Positions 1 through 9,778 of a stretch of DNA of 64,000 nt are shown piece by piece. The translations under genes were made by a program, and so were the position numbers. Below the pieces are notes generated by a model. That model was not told the origin of the DNA. It saw nothing but the letters and a program-made list of their open reading frames with translations, and made no database searches. The first letter of the stretch is position 1. Each line of letters starts with the position of its first letter. Origin of the DNA: Bdellovibrio sp. (lineage in GTDB: Bacteria; Bdellovibrionota; Bdellovibrionia; Bdellovibrionales; Bdellovibrionaceae); assembly GCA_036676395.1 (NCBI GenBank), contig JAKFCY010000002.1, positions 2,592,001 to 2,656,000 of the forward strand, written 5' to 3'.

Positions 1-1
1 C

Positions 2-226
2 TAAGTAAAACTGCGCGTACTTGCCGCGCACTTCACGCAAAGTTGAGATCTCTTTAAGAGTCACAGTTTTTAAGCGGTATTGGGTATGGCCATCGCTGGT
101 TTCGGATAGCGGAATTTGCACCGAAACATCTCCCATAGCCGGAGCCTCAGCTGGAGCCGGTTTGCAGCCAGTAAAACCGACTAAGAGTGCGCCTAAAAAT
201 AGCATAGAAATTCGAGAGATATTCAT
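2..226 (-). CDS. Lipoprotein, hypothetical (5' part only; runs off the window start)
   Basis: Not in the ORF track. My translation from ATG at 226 gives MNISRISMLFLGALLVGFTGCKPAPAEAPAMGDVSVQIPL..., open to the window edge, with a hydrophobic signal and lipobox-like FTG-C. Confidence 0.75.
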   Translation of the reverse strand, partial: MNISRISMLFLGALLVGFTGCKPAPAEAPAMGDVSVQIPLSETSDGHTQYRLKTVTLKEISTLREVRGKYAQFYL

Positions 227-273
227 TGCGTCAAATATAGAGTATTTCGCTGAAATTCTCCACTTATAGGGGT

Positions 274-2583
274 ATGAATTATCCTCTTATGTCAGTCGTT
301 GAAAACCTTACACGTAATTTGAACCCTACTCAAAAGAAAGCTGTCGAAACTTTAGACGGTGCTCTGTTGATCTTAGCCGGAGCCGGCTCTGGCAAGACCC
401 GTGTACTGACTCATCGTATGGCTAATTTGATCGGTTCGGGTGTTTGTATGCCTGAAGAAATCCTGTGTGTGACCTTCACAAATAAGGCCGCGCAAGAGAT
501 GGAACACCGTATTTACAACCTGCTTGTAGAGATCGGCGTGCCTGTAACTCGTGATTTATGGATCAGTACTTTTCATAGTTTCTGCGTGCGTATTTTACGT
601 CGCCACGTTGAGCTTTTAGATTATAAAAAACCCTTCACGATCTATGATTCTTCAGACCAATTAGCCCAGATTAAAAAAGTGATGCAGGCCTTAAACATCA
701 ACGACAAGATGTTTCCGCCAAAAAGCTTTCAACATCGCATCAGCAACTCAAAAATGTTGGGCTTAGCTCCTGAAAATTTACGTAATGGATCTAAGAACGT
801 TATCGATCAGAAAACTTTAGAAGTTTACACGCGCTACGAAGAAGAAATGAAACGTGCGAATGCCCTAGATTTCGATGATTTATTATTAAAAACTTACGAC
901 CTGTTTCGCATGTATCCAGATTTACTAACTGAATACCAAAATCAATTTCGCTACATCATGGTTGATGAGTATCAAGATACCAACCGTATTCAGTACCTCC
1001 TAGTGCAGCAGTTAGCTTCAGCCCATAAAAACTTATGTGTGGTGGGTGATGAAGATCAATCGATCTATTCTTGGCGTGGAGCTGATATCAGCAACATCTT
1101 AGATTTCGAAAAAGATTTTCCGAATGCAACAATTGTAAAACTTGAAGAAAACTACAGATCATCTGCAAACATTGTAACTGCAGCTACAAAAGTTATTTCA
1201 AACAATACTGAACGCAAAGATAAAACATTATTCACGAATAACGAACCCGGTGAATTAATTCATGTGCGCGAAGAGCGTAATGAATACGACGAAGCCAGAT
1301 ACGTGGCTAAATCAATCGAAGATTTAATGAATGCGGGCGAAAGTTTAAATAACTTCGCTATTTTTTACAGAACCAATGCGCAATCACGTGTTCTCGAAGA
1401 ACAATTACGTACACTCCTTATTCCCTACCGTTTAATCGGTGGAATTCGTTTCTATGAACGTGCCGAAGTCAAAGATGCGATCGCTTATTTAAGAATGGCG
1501 ATGAATTCAAGAGACGATATCGCCGTAAAACGCATTATCAATGTACCAGCCCGTGGTTTAGGAAAAACAACTGTCGAAAAAATTGATGAGATTGCGGCTA
1601 ACGAAAGAATTTCGTTTTTCGAAGCGATTCAAAAAGCCATTGATAGCCGCGAATTCAACGCAGGCACGACCGGCAAACTTCGCCGGTTTTATGAATTAGC
1701 TGAAGGTTTAATTTCGCAAAAAGACAGCTTCAAACTTTCTGAATTCTACACCATTGTTTTAGAACGTACTGAATACACAGCTCTTCTAAAAAAAGAAGAC
1801 ACTGCTGAAGCAGATGCTCGTATTAACAATTTACAAGAGTTAGAAAATGCGATGGTTCAATTTGAAAAAGAGCGCGGCGATGAAGCGACTTTATCAAATT
1901 ACTTAGAAGAAATGACCTTAGCTTCTGATCAGGATCAAGTGGATCAAAACCACAACGCCGTGACGATGATGACTTTGCATATCTCTAAAGGCTTAGAATA
2001 TCCTTACGTTTTTATTATAGGCTGCGAAGAAAGTTTATTTCCGTCTATTCGTGGTGGTGCAGATGAGATCGAAAATCATGATCTTGAAGAAGAACGCCGC
2101 TTAGCTTACGTAGGCATGACCCGCGCCCGTAAAAAGCTTTGGATGACTCACGCTAAGGTTCGCCGTGTGTGGGGCCAAGAGCAAATGAATCCAGTCTCAC
2201 GTTTTATTGGTGAGATTCCAAAAGAGTTAATCAAACAAAGTTCTGCGGTAACCGCATTTGGTGTAAATAGTTTTGCTTCAAAATATGGTTCACGTAATGA
2301 CGAATACGGTAGCTTTGGCCAAACCAACAGTTATGGCAAAAACAAATCAAACTCGTATGACGATGCTCAAAGCTTTCCAGATTATGACGAACACACACAA
2401 TCCGCGACAGCAGCCAGAAATGGCGGATACGCTAAGGGCATGAAAGTGCGCCATCCTACATTTGGCCCCGGGTCGATCTTTGAAACCGAAGGTTCAGGCG
2501 AGAATTTAAAGATTAGTGTGTTATTTCAAGATAATACGATCAAGAAGTTCGTAGCCAAGTATGCTCGCCTAGAGCGCCTATAA
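274..2583 (+). CDS. uvrD: ATP-dependent DNA helicase UvrD/PcrA
   Basis: Walker A AGAGSGKT, DEYQD, VGDEDQSIYSWRGA, LEENYRS, EEERRLAYVGMTRA, and C-terminal Tudor-like V-H-PTFG-G domain. Start may be ATG at 289. Confidence 0.95.
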   Translation: MNYPLMSVVENLTRNLNPTQKKAVETLDGALLILAGAGSGKTRVLTHRMANLIGSGVCMPEEILCVTFTNKAAQEMEHRIYNLLVEIGVPVTRDLWISTFHSFCVRILRRHVELLDYKKPFTIYDSSDQLAQIKKVMQALNINDKMFPPKSFQHRISNSKMLGLAPENLRNGSKNVIDQKTLEVYTRYEEEMKRANALDFDDLLLKTYDLFRMYPDLLTEYQNQFRYIMVDEYQDTNRIQYLLVQQLASAHKNLCVVGDEDQSIYSWRGADISNILDFEKDFPNATIVKLEENYRSSANIVTAATKVISNNTERKDKTLFTNNEPGELIHVREERNEYDEARYVAKSIEDLMNAGESLNNFAIFYRTNAQSRVLEEQLRTLLIPYRLIGGIRFYERAEVKDAIAYLRMAMNSRDDIAVKRIINVPARGLGKTTVEKIDEIAANERISFFEAIQKAIDSREFNAGTTGKLRRFYELAEGLISQKDSFKLSEFYTIVLERTEYTALLKKEDTAEADARINNLQELENAMVQFEKERGDEATLSNYLEEMTLASDQDQVDQNHNAVTMMTLHISKGLEYPYVFIIGCEESLFPSIRGGADEIENHDLEEERRLAYVGMTRARKKLWMTHAKVRRVWGQEQMNPVSRFIGEIPKELIKQSSAVTAFGVNSFASKYGSRNDEYGSFGQTNSYGKNKSNSYDDAQSFPDYDEHTQSATAARNGGYAKGMKVRHPTFGPGSIFETEGSGENLKISVLFQDNTIKKFVAKYARLERL

Positions 2584-2691
2584 TAACAGCACTCGAATCA
2601 TGAATTTTACTTATCGTATTATTACTTAAATAGAATTGAGTTTCGTTCTTAAGTTAGGTAACTATCCCCATCACTTTCGAGGGGAATTCTC

Positions 2692-5157
2692 ATGAAGTTA
2701 CAAATTACTTTATTATTCATTTTGGCCTTAGCTTTTTCTGCATGTTCGAAAAACTCAACTGAATCAGTTGTCGCAAATATCGACCAAGTTGAATTATCTC
2801 ATAAGCTGACAGCTCCTGTTGAACCAAGCCAATGGGCACAACACATGACGCCTTCTACGAAAGAAGTTAAGACGTCGGTTAAGTTTAATAAAAGCGCGAT
2901 CTTTGATCGTGATTTTTTATACGGCGCCGATCTACAGCATTCGACAATCTATGATGCTGATTCAATGTTATATGACCAAGTTTATTCTATGGGGCACGAA
3001 ATCGCGTTCTTTCGTAAAGTGGGCCAGTACTTACAACTTGTGGCTGAACAATCTTGGAAATTCGAATCAGATGTTAATAAACCAGAGCGTTTAATTAACG
3101 AATTTTTTATCTTAGACGAAACAGATACAACAATCACCGTTGATGTCAGCAACCCGTCTCCGGTATTACGCCAGATGTTCTGGGGTTCACAAACTGATCA
3201 AACTCGCACATCTTGGTTACGTTCAGTTCAGTTTGATCCAAACGGCAATTACCTTTTAATGGAATCTTCGATCGAAACTTTAAAAGGTGACATCGTTGAA
3301 CACATGGAAAGTTTATTTCCGCGCGAAAATTTAGTTTCTGAAAAAACAACGCCATTTTGGTTAACTGATACTGAAGCCTTAGCTAAGCGTTTTGAGTTCT
3401 TAGCTTGGTTTCCGGTATTTCGCCAAACGGATGCAGGCCGTGTAGCTGCTCCTGCAGCTTTCAAATTCGATATCACTAAAACTAAAACAGTAAAGTGGTA
3501 TGTGACTGCCAATGTGCCTGACGATATCCTGCGCGACGTACAAACTTCTGTTGAAGGCTGGAACCGCTACTTTCAAAAAATGTGGGGTAAAGACGGTTTA
3601 GTATTTGCCGGAAAACTTCCTGAACACGCAAAACTTGGTGATCCTCGTTACAACGTGATCGTTTGGGATAACGTACAGGATGGCGACGCCGCTTATGAAT
3701 CACAAGCTGTTGATCCATTAACAGGTATTCAATCACATTCGAATATATATATTCCGTTTTCTTGGTTAAAAACAGCCACTGAATACTGGACTGACGGTCA
3801 ATTCGCTAATCACGACGAAGACGCTGAAGCCAAAATCACAAAACAACAAAAGTGGTTATCTTCTAAGTCGTTTATGGGATCACCTTTACGTTTTGGTTGT
3901 TATCGCGATCTTTCAAAAATCGTTCTTAACGGTCAGCAAAAATCTAAAGAAGAATTACACATCTTAGCGCGCGATGTTTTAAAAGCCGTGATCATGCACG
4001 AAGTAGGTCACGCACTGGGTATGGGTCATAACTTTAAAGGTTCATTATACAATGAAGATGGTCAGTTCACTTCTAGTATTATGGATTACAACCATTACAA
4101 TTTAGAACGCCCTATCTTTGATAACGTTGATTCTGCCAATGGCCCGATCTTAGAATACGATCGCCAGTTTATTGATGCACTTTACAATAACGGTGAAACG
4201 TTAGAAGAAAGCCCCGTGCTTCCATCTTGTGACGATGCCGAAGCAGACACTACCGCAGGTGGTGTTGATCCAACGTGCAGCCGCTACGATGCAGGTTCTA
4301 ATCCGTACAACTGGATGTTAGAAACAATTCAGTTAATCGAAAAGCCTTCGTACACATTAGGTTACATGAAAAGTTTAACTGAGGCTTTAGCCGATGTTCA
4401 AACTTCACTGACTGCAACCGAAGAAGTAGCTACAAAAGAAGATTACGAAACTGTTCGTGATGACTTTTTTACCCGTGAATCGGCACTATTTGATTTCTAC
4501 GCTTTTGCCGGCGCTCACAGCTTACGTTATTTAACGACGATCAATTTAAAAACATTAAAAAACGTAGCTCCGGGTATTTTAGAAAACACGGCGTTCAACG
4601 AAGTTAATCTTCGTAACCAAGTGCTTTCAAGCCTAGAATACATCTACACTTTACAAGCTGTTCCTGCGGCACCGCTGGCGCAATTAGAAGCAAATGTATC
4701 TGCATTCACAAAATGGGTGCAAACAACGAAATACTTTGCGGCTCTTGATTTAAATGCTCAGGCTGTTTTAGTAAATGAACTGCAAGATAAAAATAAAGAA
4801 GTAATCACGCATGTTCAAACTGTGACATTCACAAAAGTTCGTCAGCGTATTGCTGCTAACTTAGCTCACGATGAAACAAATGCTTATTACTTCTCATCTG
4901 AAGCAAATTTAGATGTTGAGACTTACGTTGTAGAACTATTAAAGAAACTTGCGATCACTAAATCGCAAGGTGACTTTGTTAGATCAAACGACGAAAGAAA
5001 AGCAGCCATCGCAAGCTTCATGACTTTCCGTGCAGCTAACATCGCCGATGCCGCCTCAGCTGAAGAAATCTCGACAGTTTTAAAAGCAGATCTTAAAGCC
5101 GCAAAAAATTCTCAGGAGCGCACAACTCTTAGAGCGTTACTTGCGATGGTCTATTAA
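2692..5157 (+). CDS. Zinc-dependent metalloprotease lipoprotein (metzincin, DUF4953-like)
   Basis: Lipobox LAFSA-C, HEVGHALGMGHNF zinc motif, Met-turn SSIMDY, and GDPRYN motif. RBS GAGGGG upstream. Confidence 0.85.
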   Translation: MKLQITLLFILALAFSACSKNSTESVVANIDQVELSHKLTAPVEPSQWAQHMTPSTKEVKTSVKFNKSAIFDRDFLYGADLQHSTIYDADSMLYDQVYSMGHEIAFFRKVGQYLQLVAEQSWKFESDVNKPERLINEFFILDETDTTITVDVSNPSPVLRQMFWGSQTDQTRTSWLRSVQFDPNGNYLLMESSIETLKGDIVEHMESLFPRENLVSEKTTPFWLTDTEALAKRFEFLAWFPVFRQTDAGRVAAPAAFKFDITKTKTVKWYVTANVPDDILRDVQTSVEGWNRYFQKMWGKDGLVFAGKLPEHAKLGDPRYNVIVWDNVQDGDAAYESQAVDPLTGIQSHSNIYIPFSWLKTATEYWTDGQFANHDEDAEAKITKQQKWLSSKSFMGSPLRFGCYRDLSKIVLNGQQKSKEELHILARDVLKAVIMHEVGHALGMGHNFKGSLYNEDGQFTSSIMDYNHYNLERPIFDNVDSANGPILEYDRQFIDALYNNGETLEESPVLPSCDDAEADTTAGGVDPTCSRYDAGSNPYNWMLETIQLIEKPSYTLGYMKSLTEALADVQTSLTATEEVATKEDYETVRDDFFTRESALFDFYAFAGAHSLRYLTTINLKTLKNVAPGILENTAFNEVNLRNQVLSSLEYIYTLQAVPAAPLAQLEANVSAFTKWVQTTKYFAALDLNAQAVLVNELQDKNKEVITHVQTVTFTKVRQRIAANLAHDETNAYYFSSEANLDVETYVVELLKKLAITKSQGDFVRSNDERKAAIASFMTFRAANIADAASAEEISTVLKADLKAAKNSQERTTLRALLAMVY

Positions 5158-5818
5158 GATCATCTTTATCCCATAGACGCATTTCACGCGCTCTCTCTTT
5201 GAGAAAGCGCATTTGTCTAAAGTATTCCTGCATAATTGTTCGAAGCTCATGCCCGTGACCGCGGGCCCAGTCGCGCTGCATTTCGCACGCTATCGCCAAT
5301 GCCGTAACCGGAATTGCTCCGGCCTGAACCATACGTTGAATCGCCGCTTCGTGACTTTCTTGCGTGACCCCACCGATGGCATCAATCACGGGGTAAACTT
5401 CATAACCATCTTTAATCGCATCCAGAGTTGGGTAAGCCACGCACACTTCAGTCCACAGACCTGACATAATTATTTTTTTACGCCCTGTTTGCGCAATCGC
5501 ACTGACAAAATTTTCGTCTTCCCACGCATTTAAAGTGGTGCGGTCAATTTCGATCTGCGGAGGCAAAGCATCGATTAAATCTTTATGCGTACCCTGATTT
5601 ACACCAAGTTGTACACCGACAGTTGTTACCACTGTCGGAACATTAAAAGCTTTCGCGATCTTTCCCAGAGTGACTACATTCAGAAGTAACTCACTCGCTG
5701 TTTTTGAACCCACACCGCGAAATTGTTCGGGCTGGTAATCAATAAAAGCGATGACTGAATTTTCTGGTGTAATTAAATGATCTTTTTTCGCATTACGAAT
5801 AGATGCAAGCTGCGCCAT
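5129..5818 (-). CDS. Isochorismatase-family cysteine hydrolase (YcaC-like)
   Basis: FIDYQ, NAWED, GRKKII.GLWTEVCV.YP motifs. RBS GGAGGT. Overlaps the convergent gene by 29 bp. Confidence 0.9.
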   Translation of the reverse strand: MAQLASIRNAKKDHLITPENSVIAFIDYQPEQFRGVGSKTASELLLNVVTLGKIAKAFNVPTVVTTVGVQLGVNQGTHKDLIDALPPQIEIDRTTLNAWEDENFVSAIAQTGRKKIIMSGLWTEVCVAYPTLDAIKDGYEVYPVIDAIGGVTQESHEAAIQRMVQAGAIPVTALAIACEMQRDWARGHGHELRTIMQEYFRQMRFLKERAREMRLWDKDDLNRPSQVTL

Positions 5819-5883
5819 TCCTGACCTCCCAATAGATTCAGTGAGGCAAAACGACTCATAGTCGGCCTCTATCTTAGGGATTA

Positions 5884-5899
5884 TGCAAAGGCGCTGCCT
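5884..5899 (-). promoter_or_regulatory. Candidate sigma-54 promoter for the YcaC-like gene
   Basis: Minus strand AGGCAGCGCCTTTGCA has GG-N10-GC with TTGCA. Confidence 0.45.
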
Positions 5900-6711
5900 C
5901 AGTAAAGATCAAGAATGACATATTCAGGTATAGCGTTGATTCGCACAGGTAAAATGCTTGTACCAATTCCGCGACTCACGAAAAGCTTACCCATCGGAAA
6001 ATCAATCCAACCTTTGGCCCAACTTTTCGGGGCCGCACCTGGCGTAACTGGTGCGCCAAATCCTGGAATGAAAATCTGGCCACCGTGCATGTGACCGGCT
6101 AAAGCTAAACTATAATGATGTTTTATTTTTAATAGTGCCGCAGGATCATGCATGAAAACAAGTCTTGGTGTCTCTCCGTAAACTTTAGAAAATGATTTTT
6201 CTGTATCTGCGTGTTCAGTGAAATCATCACCGATTCCAATGAGCCAAAAAGTTTTTTCCTTATGTTTTAAAAAAACTGAATCATTTTCTAAAACACGCAG
6301 CCCATTTTCCTCTAGTACTTTGCGAATATTTTCGCCGTCGTTCCACCAATCATGATTACCAAGAGTTACATATGTACCTAGCGGCGAAGAAAGCTCTTTG
6401 AGATAAACGACTAACTGTTCGATATCCATTTTTTTGCCGCCTGGCACTCCGTTTATTACAAGATCACCGCCGATTAAAATAATATCCGGCTTTTGTTCAT
6501 TAATACGACGAACTAAATTTTTAATGTAATCTTTTGAAATATGCGGAGAACCTGCATGTAAATCAGAGAAAAAAGCTATTTTCAAAACGGGGCCTTGCCA
6601 CGAAAAATCCTGATCATTTTGAACTAACAATCTCGGCTCGATAAGCACGCCCCAGATTGCGAGAATAATGCTTATAAAAACTAATAAAACAGTGAGCCTT
6701 CTTAATTTCAT
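5899..6711 (-). CDS. Calcineurin-like metallophosphoesterase (YkuE-like)
   Basis: SDLH, GGD, LGNHD, GHMHGGQ, VSRGIG motifs and an N-terminal membrane anchor. Confidence 0.9.
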   Translation of the reverse strand: MKLRRLTVLLVFISIILAIWGVLIEPRLLVQNDQDFSWQGPVLKIAFFSDLHAGSPHISKDYIKNLVRRINEQKPDIILIGGDLVINGVPGGKKMDIEQLVVYLKELSSPLGTYVTLGNHDWWNDGENIRKVLEENGLRVLENDSVFLKHKEKTFWLIGIGDDFTEHADTEKSFSKVYGETPRLVFMHDPAALLKIKHHYSLALAGHMHGGQIFIPGFGAPVTPGAAPKSWAKGWIDFPMGKLFVSRGIGTSILPVRINAIPEYVILDLY

Positions 6712-7922
6712 TTATTTTTTGAAGCTTTAACTTCTTCCCATTCAGGAATATACATTTCGGCATCGATCGGTTTTACAATCTTTCCTGCGCTAGGATTTTT
6801 ATAAACCGAATCTACGCCGTCAAAACCGGTAAACGTGCGCTCTGCTTCAGAAACTGAAGTTTCAAATTTCGGGACGTAATAGGCTTTGCCGCCGCCATCC
6901 GGAATATCTACAGACAGATTCGGCATCGCAAGGCCCGATAAATGGCCCCATAATTCTTTTTGAATTTCTAACGAGTCATCAATTGATGTGCGTAAGTGGT
7001 CAGTACCGATCGAAGGATCGCACTGAAACATATAATAAGGCTTAGCCCGTAAAAATAATAGTCTGCGCGAAAGCGCTTGCACGATCGCTGGGTGATTGTT
7101 CACGCCGTTTAATAACACCATCTGATTCATCACAGGGATTCCGTGATCAACAAACATCTCTACAGCCTGAGTTGATTCTGCGGTTAATTCACGCGGGTGA
7201 TTAAAATGAGTCATTAAAAACACGGGTTTATGTTTTCGTAAAATTTTAACTAAGTTTTCTGTTATACGCATCGGAGCCACAACCGGCATACGTGTGCCGA
7301 TACGAATGATTTCGATATGTTCGATTTTACGTAAATCAGATAATACGCGTTCTAACTGCGAATCAGAAACTGTTAACGGATCGCCGCCTGATAAAATAAT
7401 TTCGCGAAGGCCTTTGGTGTTTCTGAAATACTCTAAAGCATTTTCGTATTCAGAGTTTTTGATAAAAGCCTGATCACTGCCCGTGAAATGTTTTCTGGTG
7501 CAGTAACGGCAATACACTGAACAAATATCGGTAATTAAAAATAAGGCGCGATCAGAATAACGGTGCACCACGCGGGCCACCGGATTATTTGAATTTTTTC
7601 TTTCGCCCAAAGGATCAAGCTGGGCTTGCACTTGCTCAGATAATTCTGCGGCATGTGGCATTAAGATTCTGCGAATCGGATCTTGCTCTACCGTTGGGTG
7701 CGCAAGGCTTGCGTAATAAGGTGTGGCACGAATATTAAAAACTTGTTTGGCATCTTTGGCTTCGTTTGAACGAAACGCGATCGATTCATTTTCAGAAAGC
7801 GTAAAGTGAGTTTGAAAATCAGTTAATGATTTCATCGACTGGCGCAGTTGCCAGTTCCAATCCATCCAATCAGATGGGTTGATATTTTCAGGTTTTGGGG
7901 CTGAATCAAACTTGATCTTCAC
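6708..7922 (-). CDS. KamA-family radical SAM protein (lysine 2,3-aminomutase-like)
   Basis: W.WQL, HRYSDRAL, CSVYCRYCTRK, LSGGDPL, RIGTRMPV, HFNHPREL, GGGK motifs. Confidence 0.9.
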   Translation of the reverse strand: MKIKFDSAPKPENINPSDWMDWNWQLRQSMKSLTDFQTHFTLSENESIAFRSNEAKDAKQVFNIRATPYYASLAHPTVEQDPIRRILMPHAAELSEQVQAQLDPLGERKNSNNPVARVVHRYSDRALFLITDICSVYCRYCTRKHFTGSDQAFIKNSEYENALEYFRNTKGLREIILSGGDPLTVSDSQLERVLSDLRKIEHIEIIRIGTRMPVVAPMRITENLVKILRKHKPVFLMTHFNHPRELTAESTQAVEMFVDHGIPVMNQMVLLNGVNNHPAIVQALSRRLLFLRAKPYYMFQCDPSIGTDHLRTSIDDSLEIQKELWGHLSGLAMPNLSVDIPDGGGKAYYVPKFETSVSEAERTFTGFDGVDSVYKNPSAGKIVKPIDAEMYIPEWEEVKASKNK

Positions 7923-7937
7923 ACCCCAAGATATAGC

Positions 7938-9554
7938 TTAATCGAGCTGCAAATCCAAGAAGGTTGTGTACGTTGGCTGAAGCGGGATAACCAATTTACG
8001 CTTTTTAAGCCCCGGAATGCTGATAACCATCTGTAAAGGGTATTTTTTGGTCACATCAAAAGCCACATCCGGATTACTTGATTGAATGCTTCCGGTCAGT
8101 TGAATGTTCAGCTGATTTTTTTCGGCTGAATAATTCACAATGCGCGAACCCCATTCATTACGGCGGCCAATACGGATTTCGTAATTCACCGGCCCAACAT
8201 TTTTAACTAAGCCATCTTTTTTAACATCTTTTAAATGTTTTTTCTCATCATTACCGTAAACATAATCCACTTTCATGTAATTCATTAACGTTTTGCTATC
8301 TAATAATTCTTTTGGCGGTATAAAGTTTTTCGGTAACGATAAATCTAAACCTAAATTATAGGTGCGCATTTCATTACGAATCATATCACTTGTTTCTAAG
8401 CTCAGCGGCGCTCTGGCGACTTCAAGTTGTTTTACAATTGATGTGTAGCGATTCATCTGACAATGACTTTGCGGTGTTTCGCAATTAGCTAAGTGTTTTA
8501 ACACATGTAAGTACGTGGGGTGTTTACATTGATCGGCCTCGACACAAGCTTCGGGAACAGCCGCAATAGCATGATCAGGGTAACCAATCGCTTTAGAGTG
8601 CACGGCTTCAACAAATATCATTTTCGGGTCAGTTTTAAAAAAGCGCGAGTAATCAAAATCAGTCATCATTAAATTTTGCTGTTTGTCGAACTCCATGTAC
8701 TGTCTGATCGCATCTGAATAATAATAAAAACCTAAACGGCCACTCGCCACATTCACCGCTTGATCTGACTCCCAGCGCACACCTACGTTTAAGCGGTAAT
8801 CAAAAACCTTCACTGCTTTTTTCTTTAAATCATTAATGATCTTTAAAAACTTATTTTTAGGAACTTCTTCACCCTTAGTGGCTGGCACTACACCGGCGAT
8901 GTTCAACATTCTTGGGTCGTAATAAATATTAACGTAATTTTTTGAGGCCATTTTACTAAAATAACCATAAATTTTCTCAGAAGCTGCAGTTAGATCTGTA
9001 AGCTCTTGATCGCCAAATTTCATTTTATCAAAAATATAATCTTGAATCGCTTCATTCGGAATAAATTTTTTCAATAAAAAGGTTGTGCGCGAGCCCCAAA
9101 ACGGAGCCCCTAAAGTTACAAAGCCATCTATTTTTTCAAGATAACTTTTTTGTCTCAGATCGACGCCGTCTAAAGTTTTTAAATACCAGACATAACCAAC
9201 AAGCCCGCCTTGCGAGTGCGCAACCAGACTGATTTTGTCGCCTTCATTTAAGACCGGAATTTCTTTAATCAAAAAGTTTTCAAATTCACTGACAAAACGT
9301 TCGATCTCGGCACCCTTTTCACCGCTTGAATATTTAAAATTCATTGGAACATACTCATAATTAGGGTCGATCTGGCTTAAATGCTCTTCTAAAGCAGGTA
9401 AAAGCCCAAGAAAAGTTTCTGCAGACCCACTTATTCCATGCATCGTGATGATGTATTTCTTAGGCTTAACGCTCGATATATTACGTTGAACATTTTTAAA
9501 TGTCTCACAAGAGGCCAACAGCAATACAGTAAACAGCAATAAATAGTTTCTCAT
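7938..9554 (-). CDS. Alpha/beta-hydrolase (lipase-like) lipoprotein
   Basis: Lipobox LLAS-C, MHGISG oxyanion region, nucleophile elbow AHSQGG, TLGAPFWG. Confidence 0.75.
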   Translation of the reverse strand: MRNYLLLFTVLLLASCETFKNVQRNISSVKPKKYIITMHGISGSAETFLGLLPALEEHLSQIDPNYEYVPMNFKYSSGEKGAEIERFVSEFENFLIKEIPVLNEGDKISLVAHSQGGLVGYVWYLKTLDGVDLRQKSYLEKIDGFVTLGAPFWGSRTTFLLKKFIPNEAIQDYIFDKMKFGDQELTDLTAASEKIYGYFSKMASKNYVNIYYDPRMLNIAGVVPATKGEEVPKNKFLKIINDLKKKAVKVFDYRLNVGVRWESDQAVNVASGRLGFYYYSDAIRQYMEFDKQQNLMMTDFDYSRFFKTDPKMIFVEAVHSKAIGYPDHAIAAVPEACVEADQCKHPTYLHVLKHLANCETPQSHCQMNRYTSIVKQLEVARAPLSLETSDMIRNEMRTYNLGLDLSLPKNFIPPKELLDSKTLMNYMKVDYVYGNDEKKHLKDVKKDGLVKNVGPVNYEIRIGRRNEWGSRIVNYSAEKNQLNIQLTGSIQSSNPDVAFDVTKKYPLQMVISIPGLKKRKLVIPLQPTYTTFLDLQLD

Positions 9555-9734
9555 GTATTTATCATCGTGATCTTGGGTCTCACTCTTTAGTTTTCTTTAC
9601 TCTGACACAGGCTCTGTATGACTTTTTTTGTTCCAAACATGAAGTTTGACACCAGTCTCAGAGTGAAACGAAAAAAAAATCGTCAATTTCCCTCTGATAT
9701 TCAGCACTTGTAGCTTATGACTCAGTCTAAGACA

Positions 9735-9750
9735 TGGTGCCAGGTTCGCA
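9735..9750 (+). promoter_or_regulatory. Candidate sigma-54 promoter
   Basis: TGGTGCCAGGTTCGCA (GG-N10-GC), about 30 nt upstream of the ATG at 9779. Confidence 0.55.
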
Positions 9751-9778
9751 ATTATGTTCATTATCAAACGGAGGACAT

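Noticed and set aside
21..269. 82-aa plus-strand ORF in the track
   Set aside because: It is the shadow of a more plausible minus-strand lipoprotein ORF starting at 226.
6708..7922. Second radical SAM gene as a possible RiPP maturase
   Set aside because: It has KamA aminomutase motifs, no SPASM or RRE, and no adjacent peptide ORF.
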